64,000 nucleotides of DNA from a virus: the IMG/VR virus record IMGVR_UViG_3300012964_000010, positions 1 through 64,000 of that record; one strand, written 5' to 3'. Positions 56,378 to 64,000 of this stretch are shown piece by piece. The stretch's first letter is position 1, and every line of letters begins with the position of its first letter. The position numbers and the translations under genes were made by a program. Under the pieces are notes generated by a model, which did no database searches, was not told the DNA's origin, and saw only the letters and a list, made by a program, of their open reading frames with translations.

Positions 56378-57064
56378 TTATACTATTGGATCTAAGATAA
56401 CCAATTGTGGCATTGTTCCAGTTATACGCCACATGACATTATTACTATGCAAATCAAGTCTAAAATCTGAATTCGTCTTTATAACTGAATTAACTAATTT
56501 TATCGAGTCAAGAAGATCAGGGTCCTTGACAGTAGACGGAACACTAAAGGCATGATTCAGTACTACAAGAATAACATTTGCAACGGCTTCGCCAGTACGA
56601 TAGTCCTCACGCTCTAATTCACCAAACATATGTTCATATAAAGAAGCCATTAAGTCGAGATTGCCGACCAACTTCGCAGAATAAAATGGTACCAGTTTTT
56701 CAAGCTTAATATTATAATGCAATTTCTTGTCAGGCCCTCTCATTATATCAAGATCATGGATTACTGGAAAATATGGGTTTCCATGTCCCTTCTGTTCTCT
56801 GTCATATACTGCTGATAGATAGGATAGGTACCCATCTTCACTAACATTCTCCACAGGAACAGCTTTTACCAAATCTGATTTCGCAGCTTTTCCTAATTTT
56901 GTAATCTGACCCAATCGTTTACCAGATTCTATATCAAACGCTGCCCCGAGGGAACCTGAACCAGCATATTTTGCCTTAGATCCAGCACGAAGTCTTTTAG
57001 CATACTCGCCGGCGGTGGTTTTAGTTTGTCTCGGTGTAAAACTTATTAACTCAAATAGTTTCAT
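56378..57064 (-). CDS. Protein-kinase-like (ePK/APH fold) enzyme
   Basis: GSGSLG P-loop, FPVIH, LEKL, DLH.NN.M catalytic loop, ILDP. Confidence 0.75.
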   Translation of the reverse strand: MKLFELISFTPRQTKTTAGEYAKRLRAGSKAKYAGSGSLGAAFDIESGKRLGQITKLGKAAKSDLVKAVPVENVSEDGYLSYLSAVYDREQKGHGNPYFPVIHDLDIMRGPDKKLHYNIKLEKLVPFYSAKLVGNLDLMASLYEHMFGELEREDYRTGEAVANVILVVLNHAFSVPSTVKDPDLLDSIKLVNSVIKTNSDFRLDLHSNNVMWRITGTMPQLVILDPIV

Positions 57065-57531
57065 GACCTTATTTCCCTTGCCTGTAAACTATTTTTGTTT
57101 GAGGTTGATGTAACAATCCCGACCTGATGACTAGGATCTCTCAATTCATTGAAAACTCTGTAAGCATCTGGTGATAATAGTAATTGCGAAGCTGAAGATT
57201 GTTCCAACAGGGCCTGTGGTGAAATTCCTAATGTGTTTGCAATATCAATCGCCAGCGAGGTCATTGCATCTGCATACATTGCACTTGCACCACGAGACAA
57301 AAAGTATGATCTTGTTGAATCATAAGAAGATGCCGAAAAATTGCCAACAACACCAACACCTAGAGCAGATTGTTGCAATGAGCTGGGGTCAGGGAACACC
57401 GTGGTGCCGGATGCATATTTAAAGGTATTTGCATATGTACCACCGACATTTTTAACAGTTTTTTGTGTTCCCAGATATGTAAGCATCTGCGAACTAAAAC
57501 GACCAATGGAAGCAATATTTGAATTAGCCAT
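57061..57531 (-). CDS. Hypothetical protein, probable baseplate-associated
   Basis: 156 aa ORF in the tail cluster. Confidence 0.6.
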   Translation of the reverse strand: MANSNIASIGRFSSQMLTYLGTQKTVKNVGGTYANTFKYASGTTVFPDPSSLQQSALGVGVVGNFSASSYDSTRSYFLSRGASAMYADAMTSLAIDIANTLGISPQALLEQSSASQLLLSPDAYRVFNELRDPSHQVGIVTSTSNKNSLQAREIRS

Positions 57532-58786
57532 TTCCTGAGACCCTATTCATGTCGAGATATCCACCGGCTGCCGGTGGAGGTGCAGTTGATGTAAAGGAAC
57601 GGGCCTGCACCGGTGGCGAACCACCACCAACATACGGCTTTGGTGAAATCTGTGCAAGACCATTTAGGGCACTTGCACTCACTCGTCTTACAACCTGATC
57701 CGATATAAAGGCACCGGTAACGCTTCCGAGAGCTGATTGTGTATTCTTACCAATTCTCTGAAGTATTGGATTGTCAGAATGTAACAATGGGTTATTAGAT
57801 TCAACAAAATCAAGCAATGTGGCATTAAATGCAAGTGAGGGTAATTCTAAGAATTCACCATGTTCAAATGGTTCCGTAGATGAATTGTTATTTGTTTCCC
57901 CACCACCCAATTTCATATTTTGAATTGTATAATAGGCATATTCGTAATCAAAGGTAAAGGTGAGCTCTAAAGTTTTATCACCTGCTGCATAATTTAGAAC
58001 ATCATGTGTAAATGCTGCTATTCTTGGATTAACAAGCGTGACTTGGTTAAATCTTCCAGCATGTACCTGATAAATGTCAATTGATTGTATTAAATTCCTA
58101 ATATTTTGTACTGTGGCTAAATTGAATCCGAAATTGTGATTATCTAATTTATCACTGACAATATTCTGTAATGCACTCTTGTCACCATTTGTGCTGATAG
58201 GTGAATTAAATCCTGTCGGTGAATTACTTTGAAATAAATTAGTAACACTCGATGGAAGATTTGCAATATTGGGATTTACTGCTGGTGTTATATTATGCAA
58301 TAAGGTCTCAACACTCATGGGTTGATTATTCTGTTGTGATTGTTTCGGTGTATTCTTGCCTGGCTCATTTCCATCTGCAAAATAATACCTATAATACATA
58401 TCCCAGAATTTTAGTGTCTTACCATCCGCTACATCATGAAAAACCATCTTAACGGGCTCAAACTTAATACCGGTTTGACTTAACCTTTTTCTGTTATATT
58501 GGTTTAACGGTGTAGTTTCAATCTTCATAGATGGCATATCAACCGTCTTTACAAGTGGCATAACCTGTACAAGATCGGCACCATTAAAGAATTGCGAAAC
58601 ATAGTCTTTAGCAGTACCTACCTGATTAAGATTGATATTAATATAATATTCAAACGGGAATCGTGGCTGATTCCTGTAAAGAGCTCGCGAATCTTGATTA
58701 AAATTATATGTAGCGTGGCGCGAATTCTTTTCGTAAAAGAAACCAGCACCAGTTAATGAGGTAAGAAGGCTTGAGAATGATGGCAT
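57524..58786 (-). CDS. Tail-tube-like / baseplate tube-initiator protein
   Basis: K.VDMP, NQYNRKR, F.PV...FHD, L.NP.I..F.HD, F.YE. Confidence 0.7.
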   Translation of the reverse strand: MPSFSSLLTSLTGAGFFYEKNSRHATYNFNQDSRALYRNQPRFPFEYYININLNQVGTAKDYVSQFFNGADLVQVMPLVKTVDMPSMKIETTPLNQYNRKRLSQTGIKFEPVKMVFHDVADGKTLKFWDMYYRYYFADGNEPGKNTPKQSQQNNQPMSVETLLHNITPAVNPNIANLPSSVTNLFQSNSPTGFNSPISTNGDKSALQNIVSDKLDNHNFGFNLATVQNIRNLIQSIDIYQVHAGRFNQVTLVNPRIAAFTHDVLNYAAGDKTLELTFTFDYEYAYYTIQNMKLGGGETNNNSSTEPFEHGEFLELPSLAFNATLLDFVESNNPLLHSDNPILQRIGKNTQSALGSVTGAFISDQVVRRVSASALNGLAQISPKPYVGGGSPPVQARSFTSTAPPPAAGGYLDMNRVSGNG

Positions 58787-58827
58787 ATTATTATTTATCT
58801 TTTCTTCTAGACTGATATTTTTCTAAA

Positions 58828-58854
58828 AATATAGGGGCAAAAAGCCCCTATATT
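58828..58854. terminator. Terminator after tail tube
   Basis: AATATAGGGGC-AAAAA-GCCCCTATATT. Confidence 0.8.
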
Positions 58855-58874
58855 GATTAGTATTAAATAATTCA

Positions 58875-59489
58875 TTAACCGAATGTTGTACCACCGGCAG
58901 GACTTGCGATGTTCGGATATGGATTTCCGCCAACAGTTGTACCATTGTTTGTGTTTGGACCAGAAACGTTTGTAGCGTTATCGTAGCGAATTGTTAATGT
59001 CACTGTCTGTGGATCGCCGCTGGCATAATCACCCTCGCCATATTGTGCACCTGTAATCCAGCAACCTTCAAGTACCCACGATTCAAGTTGTTCATTATCA
59101 GTACCATCAAGTGAATGAATTTCCATTGCAAATTTATAGTTGATACCTGCGACTGCGCTAGTCTGCTCAAAATGGTTCATTTGTTTCTGAACCTGCGCTC
59201 CAACAGTTGATATTACTGCATTGGTAATATCATCTCGTAATACAACTTCCACTGTTTCAAAGGAATGCTTACCTTGAATCCATGCAACAGAATTGTAGGA
59301 ATCAAGTTTTACCTCTTCATAATTGACTTTCGGTCTTGTGCATGTGACCACATTTTGCGTCATTTCGCGCAAGCCGTTATTCTCACCGAAATTCTGCCAG
59401 ACAATTCTGAAACGATATTTCTGCTTCGGGTGTAATATACCAAGCTTGTTCCCATCAAGCGGAACACCGAATTTGGATAAAGTTGCCAT
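58875..59489 (-). CDS. 19: Tail tube protein
   Basis: PK.KYRFR, YNS...GKH, LRDD, W.L.GC, IRYDNA; late promoter at 59516-59524. Confidence 0.88.
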   Translation of the reverse strand: MATLSKFGVPLDGNKLGILHPKQKYRFRIVWQNFGENNGLREMTQNVVTCTRPKVNYEEVKLDSYNSVAWIQGKHSFETVEVVLRDDITNAVISTVGAQVQKQMNHFEQTSAVAGINYKFAMEIHSLDGTDNEQLESWVLEGCWITGAQYGEGDYASGDPQTVTLTIRYDNATNVSGPNTNNGTTVGGNPYPNIASPAGGTTFG

Positions 59490-59514
59490 TTATTTCTCCT
59501 GCTTTTAGCTAATA

Positions 59515-60228
59515 CTATTTATCAATTTCGTGAAAATTTTTTATCGCCGATATTCCGTTGAAATTATTAATTGTATATGCCTCTCCAGCATCGACAATAC
59601 ATTCATATGGAAAAATTCCATAGCCATTAGATCCCCATGTTGGCCCGAGAGAATTGGCTATAATAAATGATCCATTATTTAGATTATCATCGTACCCGAT
59701 TATTGTTGAGGCATGACCTCGTAAATAAGTATTATCAAATCTGTTGAGTGGTTTATATATTTGTTCCGTGATCGGACCTTTTATTTTCCAAAATAATTGT
59801 CCAGCTAGAAATCCGATTATAACTGGTTTCCCATTTGCTAATTGTTCCTTAATGTTTTGTATGTTGATTGGCACAGTTTCGTAATCGATAAGTTTTCTGT
59901 GAATGGCAGCATCTATGGCAGCCGTTGATGGCATAATATTTTCAGATCTGTATCTGTATGGCCAAAGATTTTCTGGAGGTACGCCATATTGTTGTAGTGC
60001 GGAAAGAGTATCTTTAAGACTCGCACCATGACAATCGAGCCTACCAGCAAGCTTTCTGGTCATGTAATATACAAATAACCGAGACAGAAATTCATGCTTT
60101 CCTGCTCTCGCCAATATAATTTCAATTGCGAGTATAGAAGCACATGCAGTACAAGAACTTATATTTCCTTGTGTATGTATTAATTGTACGTGCTCGTGTA
60201 AATCAACCGATGCAGGTAATGAGTGCAT
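59515..60228 (-). CDS. Papain-like (C1A) cysteine protease
   Basis: QG..SSC, LSRLFVYY, GHA, NS.G..WG.NGY. Confidence 0.88.
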   Translation of the reverse strand: MHSLPASVDLHEHVQLIHTQGNISSCTACASILAIEIILARAGKHEFLSRLFVYYMTRKLAGRLDCHGASLKDTLSALQQYGVPPENLWPYRYRSENIMPSTAAIDAAIHRKLIDYETVPINIQNIKEQLANGKPVIIGFLAGQLFWKIKGPITEQIYKPLNRFDNTYLRGHASTIIGYDDNLNNGSFIIANSLGPTWGSNGYGIFPYECIVDAGEAYTINNFNGISAIKNFHEIDK

Positions 60229-60245
60229 ATCTTATTTATACAGAC

Positions 60246-60276
60246 AAAAAAATACCCCCCTAGTGGGAGGTATTTT
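60246..60276 (-). terminator. Terminator after tail sheath
   Basis: AAAATACC..CCC-TAGT-GGG..GGTATTTT with a long U tract on the minus strand. Confidence 0.75.
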
Positions 60277-60289
60277 GAACAGATTTAAA

Positions 60290-62848
60290 TTAAGCTGTTA
60301 AGCTAGAACCAGTATTCTTGATACGAATTGGAATATAAATAAATTCAATTGCCTTAACTGGCTGAATTGCAATATCAATCCAAAGTTCGTTTCTGTCGAT
60401 TCGAGCCGGTGTATTATTGCTCAAATCACAAACAACCAAGAAATCATATAAACCGCGTAGTGTGATAAGTTCGGATAAGAAACGATCAAACGCATCTTTA
60501 ACTGCCTTACGTGTTGTTGTATCATTTGGCTCAAACAAGAATGGTTGAGAAAGATTGTTCAACTGATAACGCAAATAATTTTCTAAACGAACTACATTAA
60601 TACGGTCTGTGGCACTTGCATAAGACTGGCGTGTTTTTTGACCAAATACAACAATACCACCTGTGGGCATAGTACGGATCGGATTAATACCATTCTGATA
60701 CAATATGTCACGTTGACCTTCATTTAACTTGGTAGGAATATATTGTCCGCTGGCATTAACATAACCAACCGATGCTGCATTGTTGACAACGCCGCGTTGT
60801 AGACCAGCAGGTGCAAACCATGGATATGAAACCTGGTCATTATATGCAATTGTACGAAGTGCCATATGCGATGGAGGAACAACAACATCAGTTCCATCAA
60901 CATTGGTACTTAAACCACTTGGATACCATGCAGCAAAATATTTGCTTGCAGATACAAGTCCGTCGGTCCCGTTATCGTATGCTAGATTTGCATTGGTTGA
61001 CCAACTCTGTAGTGCTGTACCTGTCGGGCTTAATGTAAACGGCGTATCACCGACAACGAATGCAGTTTGTTTGCGATCTTCATTTAAGATAAGCATTTCA
61101 TCGATTGCTTCAACAAATCCTGGTGCTGCAATTAAATTAAAATACATATCTTCTGCACGAATTTCGTCATTAGATGTGATCAATGATTGGATTGCACGAA
61201 CAATGGTAATCTGTTGAGCTGCTGCACCCATATAAGGTACTCCACCCGGATTATTACCAGATGTTGTAACCCAACGACCTGTTGATCCATTGTTTGTATT
61301 ATCTCCAGATGCAGTTACGTTATTATAAACATATGGAGATTCCCATACCTTGACATTATTTGTTGAGAAACGACTATTCCATAATAGGAATCCCTTTGGA
61401 TACAATGCTGCTGACGGTGCGTCTGGATCTAAGTCCGGATGATCTCCACCACCATTGTTTGCACCAGTACCAATTGTGCCGCCGAGTTTAAATCCCGGAT
61501 TTGGACGAGCATCTTCAAAGATAATACCATTTGGTGTAGTTTGATCAGTATTATTTACTAATACCCATGCTGTGCCATTCCACCGCTTAATAACTGGATA
61601 TGGTGTAAGATCTGTATCAACCCATATATCGCCCGCTATTAGTGTCGGTGCTGGCACATTATCTCTTGGGTCGGCAGTCTGTGCATATAATGTTGGATTA
61701 CCTGTTGTGCCAGGTAATGTGAAACCAGGTAATGTACAATTCATCCAGTGATTAGCACCATCGTTGACAAGAATGTCAACGGTGGATTTACCTGTACTAT
61801 CAAGTCCAAGTAATGCATTAAACCAAAGTTGACCATTTGTTGGACCTTGAGTCGGCACTGTAGGGGAACCAACAATTGTGGTCATCGCTGCCCATGGGCC
61901 AGTTGCACCCGATGATAATTTAAATTCTAAGCTGTTTGCAGAGCCGAATGGAACAGGTTGAGCATAAATCTGACCTGCAGAAAGTGTAGCACCTGTGCTA
62001 TAATAGGTATTGGCTGCTGTATCATCTGTTAAAATTGGAGTCTCAACTTGAACAAATTGTGCAAGTGTAGCATCCATTCTACGTAATACAAGGTTTGCAC
62101 CCTGTGCTGGAGATGTTGTCTTAACCCAATACTGGGCTGTAGTTGCAACATTTGTTAGATCAGGCCATACAGATTGTACTATAATACTGGATGCACCTAA
62201 AGCACCAGTTAATTGAGCCCAGACACCAGCTGCTTTAACCCAGTACGAAAGAATGCCTGATGCAGTCTGGAAAACAACAGCGTGATTACCATTTATACCA
62301 TCGCCGGGAACTGGTACATTTGATGTACCAGTTGCAAAATTATATTTGAAATCAATTGTTACAGGTGTCCATACTTCATTGGGAAACGTTCCTGCCCGTA
62401 CAAATAATCCGTATGCGGTGCCGGTTGAAGACTCGTCAAGCCAATATGTTCCGACTGCTGCTGGACTTGTTGGTTGAACTGGTGTTGCTTCAAGTTGTGC
62501 TGTATCAATATCGGCACGGATAACGCGAGCTAAATTAGAAATACCGAGATAAGAATATGCTGCCAAAAGACCATATTCGTTTAACGGATATCCATTTATT
62601 GAAGTTCCACTAACACTATAGAAAACTGGGTCACCAAAAGTTTGAACAAGATCACGTTGAGAAGTAATCGAATATACTGTGCCTGCGGTTGCTTTGGTTG
62701 TACCAACAGCAACTGTCGTGCCAGTCGGATCCATCTTGTCTTGTTGTGTAGCGATAAAAATTAGAGGTACTGTTCCTGGACCGGCGCCGACATTGATCGA
62801 TTGATCAATAACCGAGATACTTACGCCTGGTGATACTAATGTTGCCAT
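60290..62848 (-). CDS. 18: Contractile tail sheath protein
   Basis: LVSPGV, FG.P, WFAPAG..RG, INPI, DRINV.RL, FEPND, NNTP..IDRNEL..DI..P.K..EFI; late promoter at 62889-62897. Confidence 0.95.
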   Translation of the reverse strand: MATLVSPGVSISVIDQSINVGAGPGTVPLIFIATQQDKMDPTGTTVAVGTTKATAGTVYSITSQRDLVQTFGDPVFYSVSGTSINGYPLNEYGLLAAYSYLGISNLARVIRADIDTAQLEATPVQPTSPAAVGTYWLDESSTGTAYGLFVRAGTFPNEVWTPVTIDFKYNFATGTSNVPVPGDGINGNHAVVFQTASGILSYWVKAAGVWAQLTGALGASSIIVQSVWPDLTNVATTAQYWVKTTSPAQGANLVLRRMDATLAQFVQVETPILTDDTAANTYYSTGATLSAGQIYAQPVPFGSANSLEFKLSSGATGPWAAMTTIVGSPTVPTQGPTNGQLWFNALLGLDSTGKSTVDILVNDGANHWMNCTLPGFTLPGTTGNPTLYAQTADPRDNVPAPTLIAGDIWVDTDLTPYPVIKRWNGTAWVLVNNTDQTTPNGIIFEDARPNPGFKLGGTIGTGANNGGGDHPDLDPDAPSAALYPKGFLLWNSRFSTNNVKVWESPYVYNNVTASGDNTNNGSTGRWVTTSGNNPGGVPYMGAAAQQITIVRAIQSLITSNDEIRAEDMYFNLIAAPGFVEAIDEMLILNEDRKQTAFVVGDTPFTLSPTGTALQSWSTNANLAYDNGTDGLVSASKYFAAWYPSGLSTNVDGTDVVVPPSHMALRTIAYNDQVSYPWFAPAGLQRGVVNNAASVGYVNASGQYIPTKLNEGQRDILYQNGINPIRTMPTGGIVVFGQKTRQSYASATDRINVVRLENYLRYQLNNLSQPFLFEPNDTTTRKAVKDAFDRFLSELITLRGLYDFLVVCDLSNNTPARIDRNELWIDIAIQPVKAIEFIYIPIRIKNTGSSLTA

Positions 62849-62937
62849 TGTTGATAAACTCCTATGAAGGTTTTGCTTCTGTTATGAGTATTTATCAACT
62901 TTAGTATTAAAGACGCTGCAAACGAAACTTCAATAAA

Positions 62938-63570
62938 TTATAGTAGTCTGGATACTATTTCACTAACCTGCGCCTGGAGAATATCAACAGTATCATCGTT
63001 ATTTAGTTCATAATTAAATTTTGAACCAATCCACGCCCATTCACTAAAATGTGCATCAGAATAAGTCTTAGTCATGATTTCTTTAGCAATGGAGTTACCC
63101 TTATTTGCCATTAAAGCAGTTTCATACCACACCGGGCTCGGACCACGATTTACCCTAATCATAATTCCGCCCTGATCTTGAATAAATTTAATCTCGTTAG
63201 GAAATCTTACATCACTGATAACAACATGCTGATCGGGATTTTTACGAATTCGATTCTCTAATGTTAGAAACCAAATTCCTTCGTTGAAATGATTACGTAA
63301 AGAATCAGTGCCCACCAATTGCAAAGCAAGCCGTGGACTAAAGCCCGGAATATTCAGTTTTGCTTCCCACCACGGATCAACTATTTCTCTCCATTCGCGT
63401 GATTCTGTTGTGTCTCCCTCGAGCATATCTCGTGGCCAATCAAATATCATTGCACAAGCATCTTTAAGGCTTGCTGCGAAACTATCTTGTCTAAATTTGT
63501 ATTGTTCTGTTAGATATGTGGCTACCGTACCTTTGCCACTATTAATAAAACCGCTCACTCCAACTATCAT
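62938..63570 (-). CDS. 1: Deoxynucleoside monophosphate kinase (T4 gp1-like)
   Basis: G...SGK.T, FA..LK, PR..LQ..GT, DVRFPNE, H.SE. Confidence 0.92.
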   Translation of the reverse strand: MIVGVSGFINSGKGTVATYLTEQYKFRQDSFAASLKDACAMIFDWPRDMLEGDTTESREWREIVDPWWEAKLNIPGFSPRLALQLVGTDSLRNHFNEGIWFLTLENRIRKNPDQHVVISDVRFPNEIKFIQDQGGIMIRVNRGPSPVWYETALMANKGNSIAKEIMTKTYSDAHFSEWAWIGSKFNYELNNDDTVDILQAQVSEIVSRLL

Positions 63571-63682
63571 AAAAAGCCCTTAAACTAAGTTTTATGTAGT
63601 TATACAAAAACTTATTTGATGGCTAATGATTTTGTTAGAAACTAATTGCATGACCCGATGGCGGCTTTAATCCCCGATAATA

Positions 63683-64000
63683 TTATCCGATTATAAATCC
63701 ATATCCATCTGAAGAAGCAACCATATTGAGTAACTCTTTCTCGAGTTTATCAATTTCGGCCTGAGCTTCTTGTTTTATGGTAGCACCATTGAGCATAACA
63801 TTTCCATTGGGGCCGGGAAATCCAGAAGGAAATTTATCACGTGCTTCACCGAGGGCATATTTTGCTTTGGCCGTAGAATAAGAACGCAACCAGGGACCTG
63901 TATAAGGATCTCTAATAATGTCATCATCTGATTTTCTGATATAGACTCTAACTGAAACTGATTCATCGGCTGTAGGACGACGAATAATTGTTAGCTTATG
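63683..64000 (-). CDS. Neck protein (T4 gp13-like), C-terminal part
   Basis: PW.RSY..A.AK..LG.AR.KF..PGP.G...LNG..IK.EA...IG; continues past the window. Confidence 0.8.
   Translation of the reverse strand, partial: HKLTIIRRPTADESVSVRVYIRKSDDDIIRDPYTGPWLRSYSTAKAKYALGEARDKFPSGFPGPNGNVMLNGATIKQEAQAEIDKLEKELLNMVASSDGYGFIIG

Noticed and set aside
877-63583. Numerous short plus-strand ORFs in the track
   Set aside because: Antisense shadows of real minus-strand genes; only 9444-10055 and 40136-40507 have their own space and promoter
1-64000. Stop-codon reassignment as seen in some huge phages
   Set aside because: Conserved genes are full length in the standard code and TAA, TAG and TGA all end genes; only one internal TGA was seen
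1-64000. tRNA genes, CRISPR arrays or large ncRNAs
   Set aside because: Intergenic gaps are short and mostly explained by promoters, terminators and leaders; no cloverleaf or repeat-spacer pattern seen by eye

Overview
64 kb of a large T4-related (jumbo-type) myophage genome, with no host sequence. Nearly all genes are on the minus strand and use the standard genetic code. From left to right the window holds: (1) host-takeover and proteostasis genes (partial Hsp20 behind a ROSE-like RNA thermometer, ribosomal protein bS21, ClpX); (2) metabolic genes (QueD, a purine-type PRTase, FolE, ThyX, the NAD salvage pair NAMPT plus NMNAT-Nudix, a cytidylyltransferase, a metallophosphoesterase, NrdAB) and three free-standing homing endonucleases; (3) virion and head proteins, including a five-member paralog array; (4) replication and recombination genes (gp41, gp61, a minimal DnaE-like protein, gp62-like, UvsW/Y/X, gp32); (5) morphogenesis genes (terminase, gp4, tail tube, tail sheath, neck). 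The most notable signal is a dense layer of translational control read directly from the intergenic DNA: a two-hairpin leader shared by both NAD genes, a class of apparently leaderless genes, an RBS-occluding hairpin with a late promoter in its loop, and the ROSE element. Several enzymes (kinase, GNAT, lytic transglycosylase) also carry capsid-targeting-like N-termini and may be virion-delivered effectors. All calls were made by eye from motifs; no searches or computations were run.
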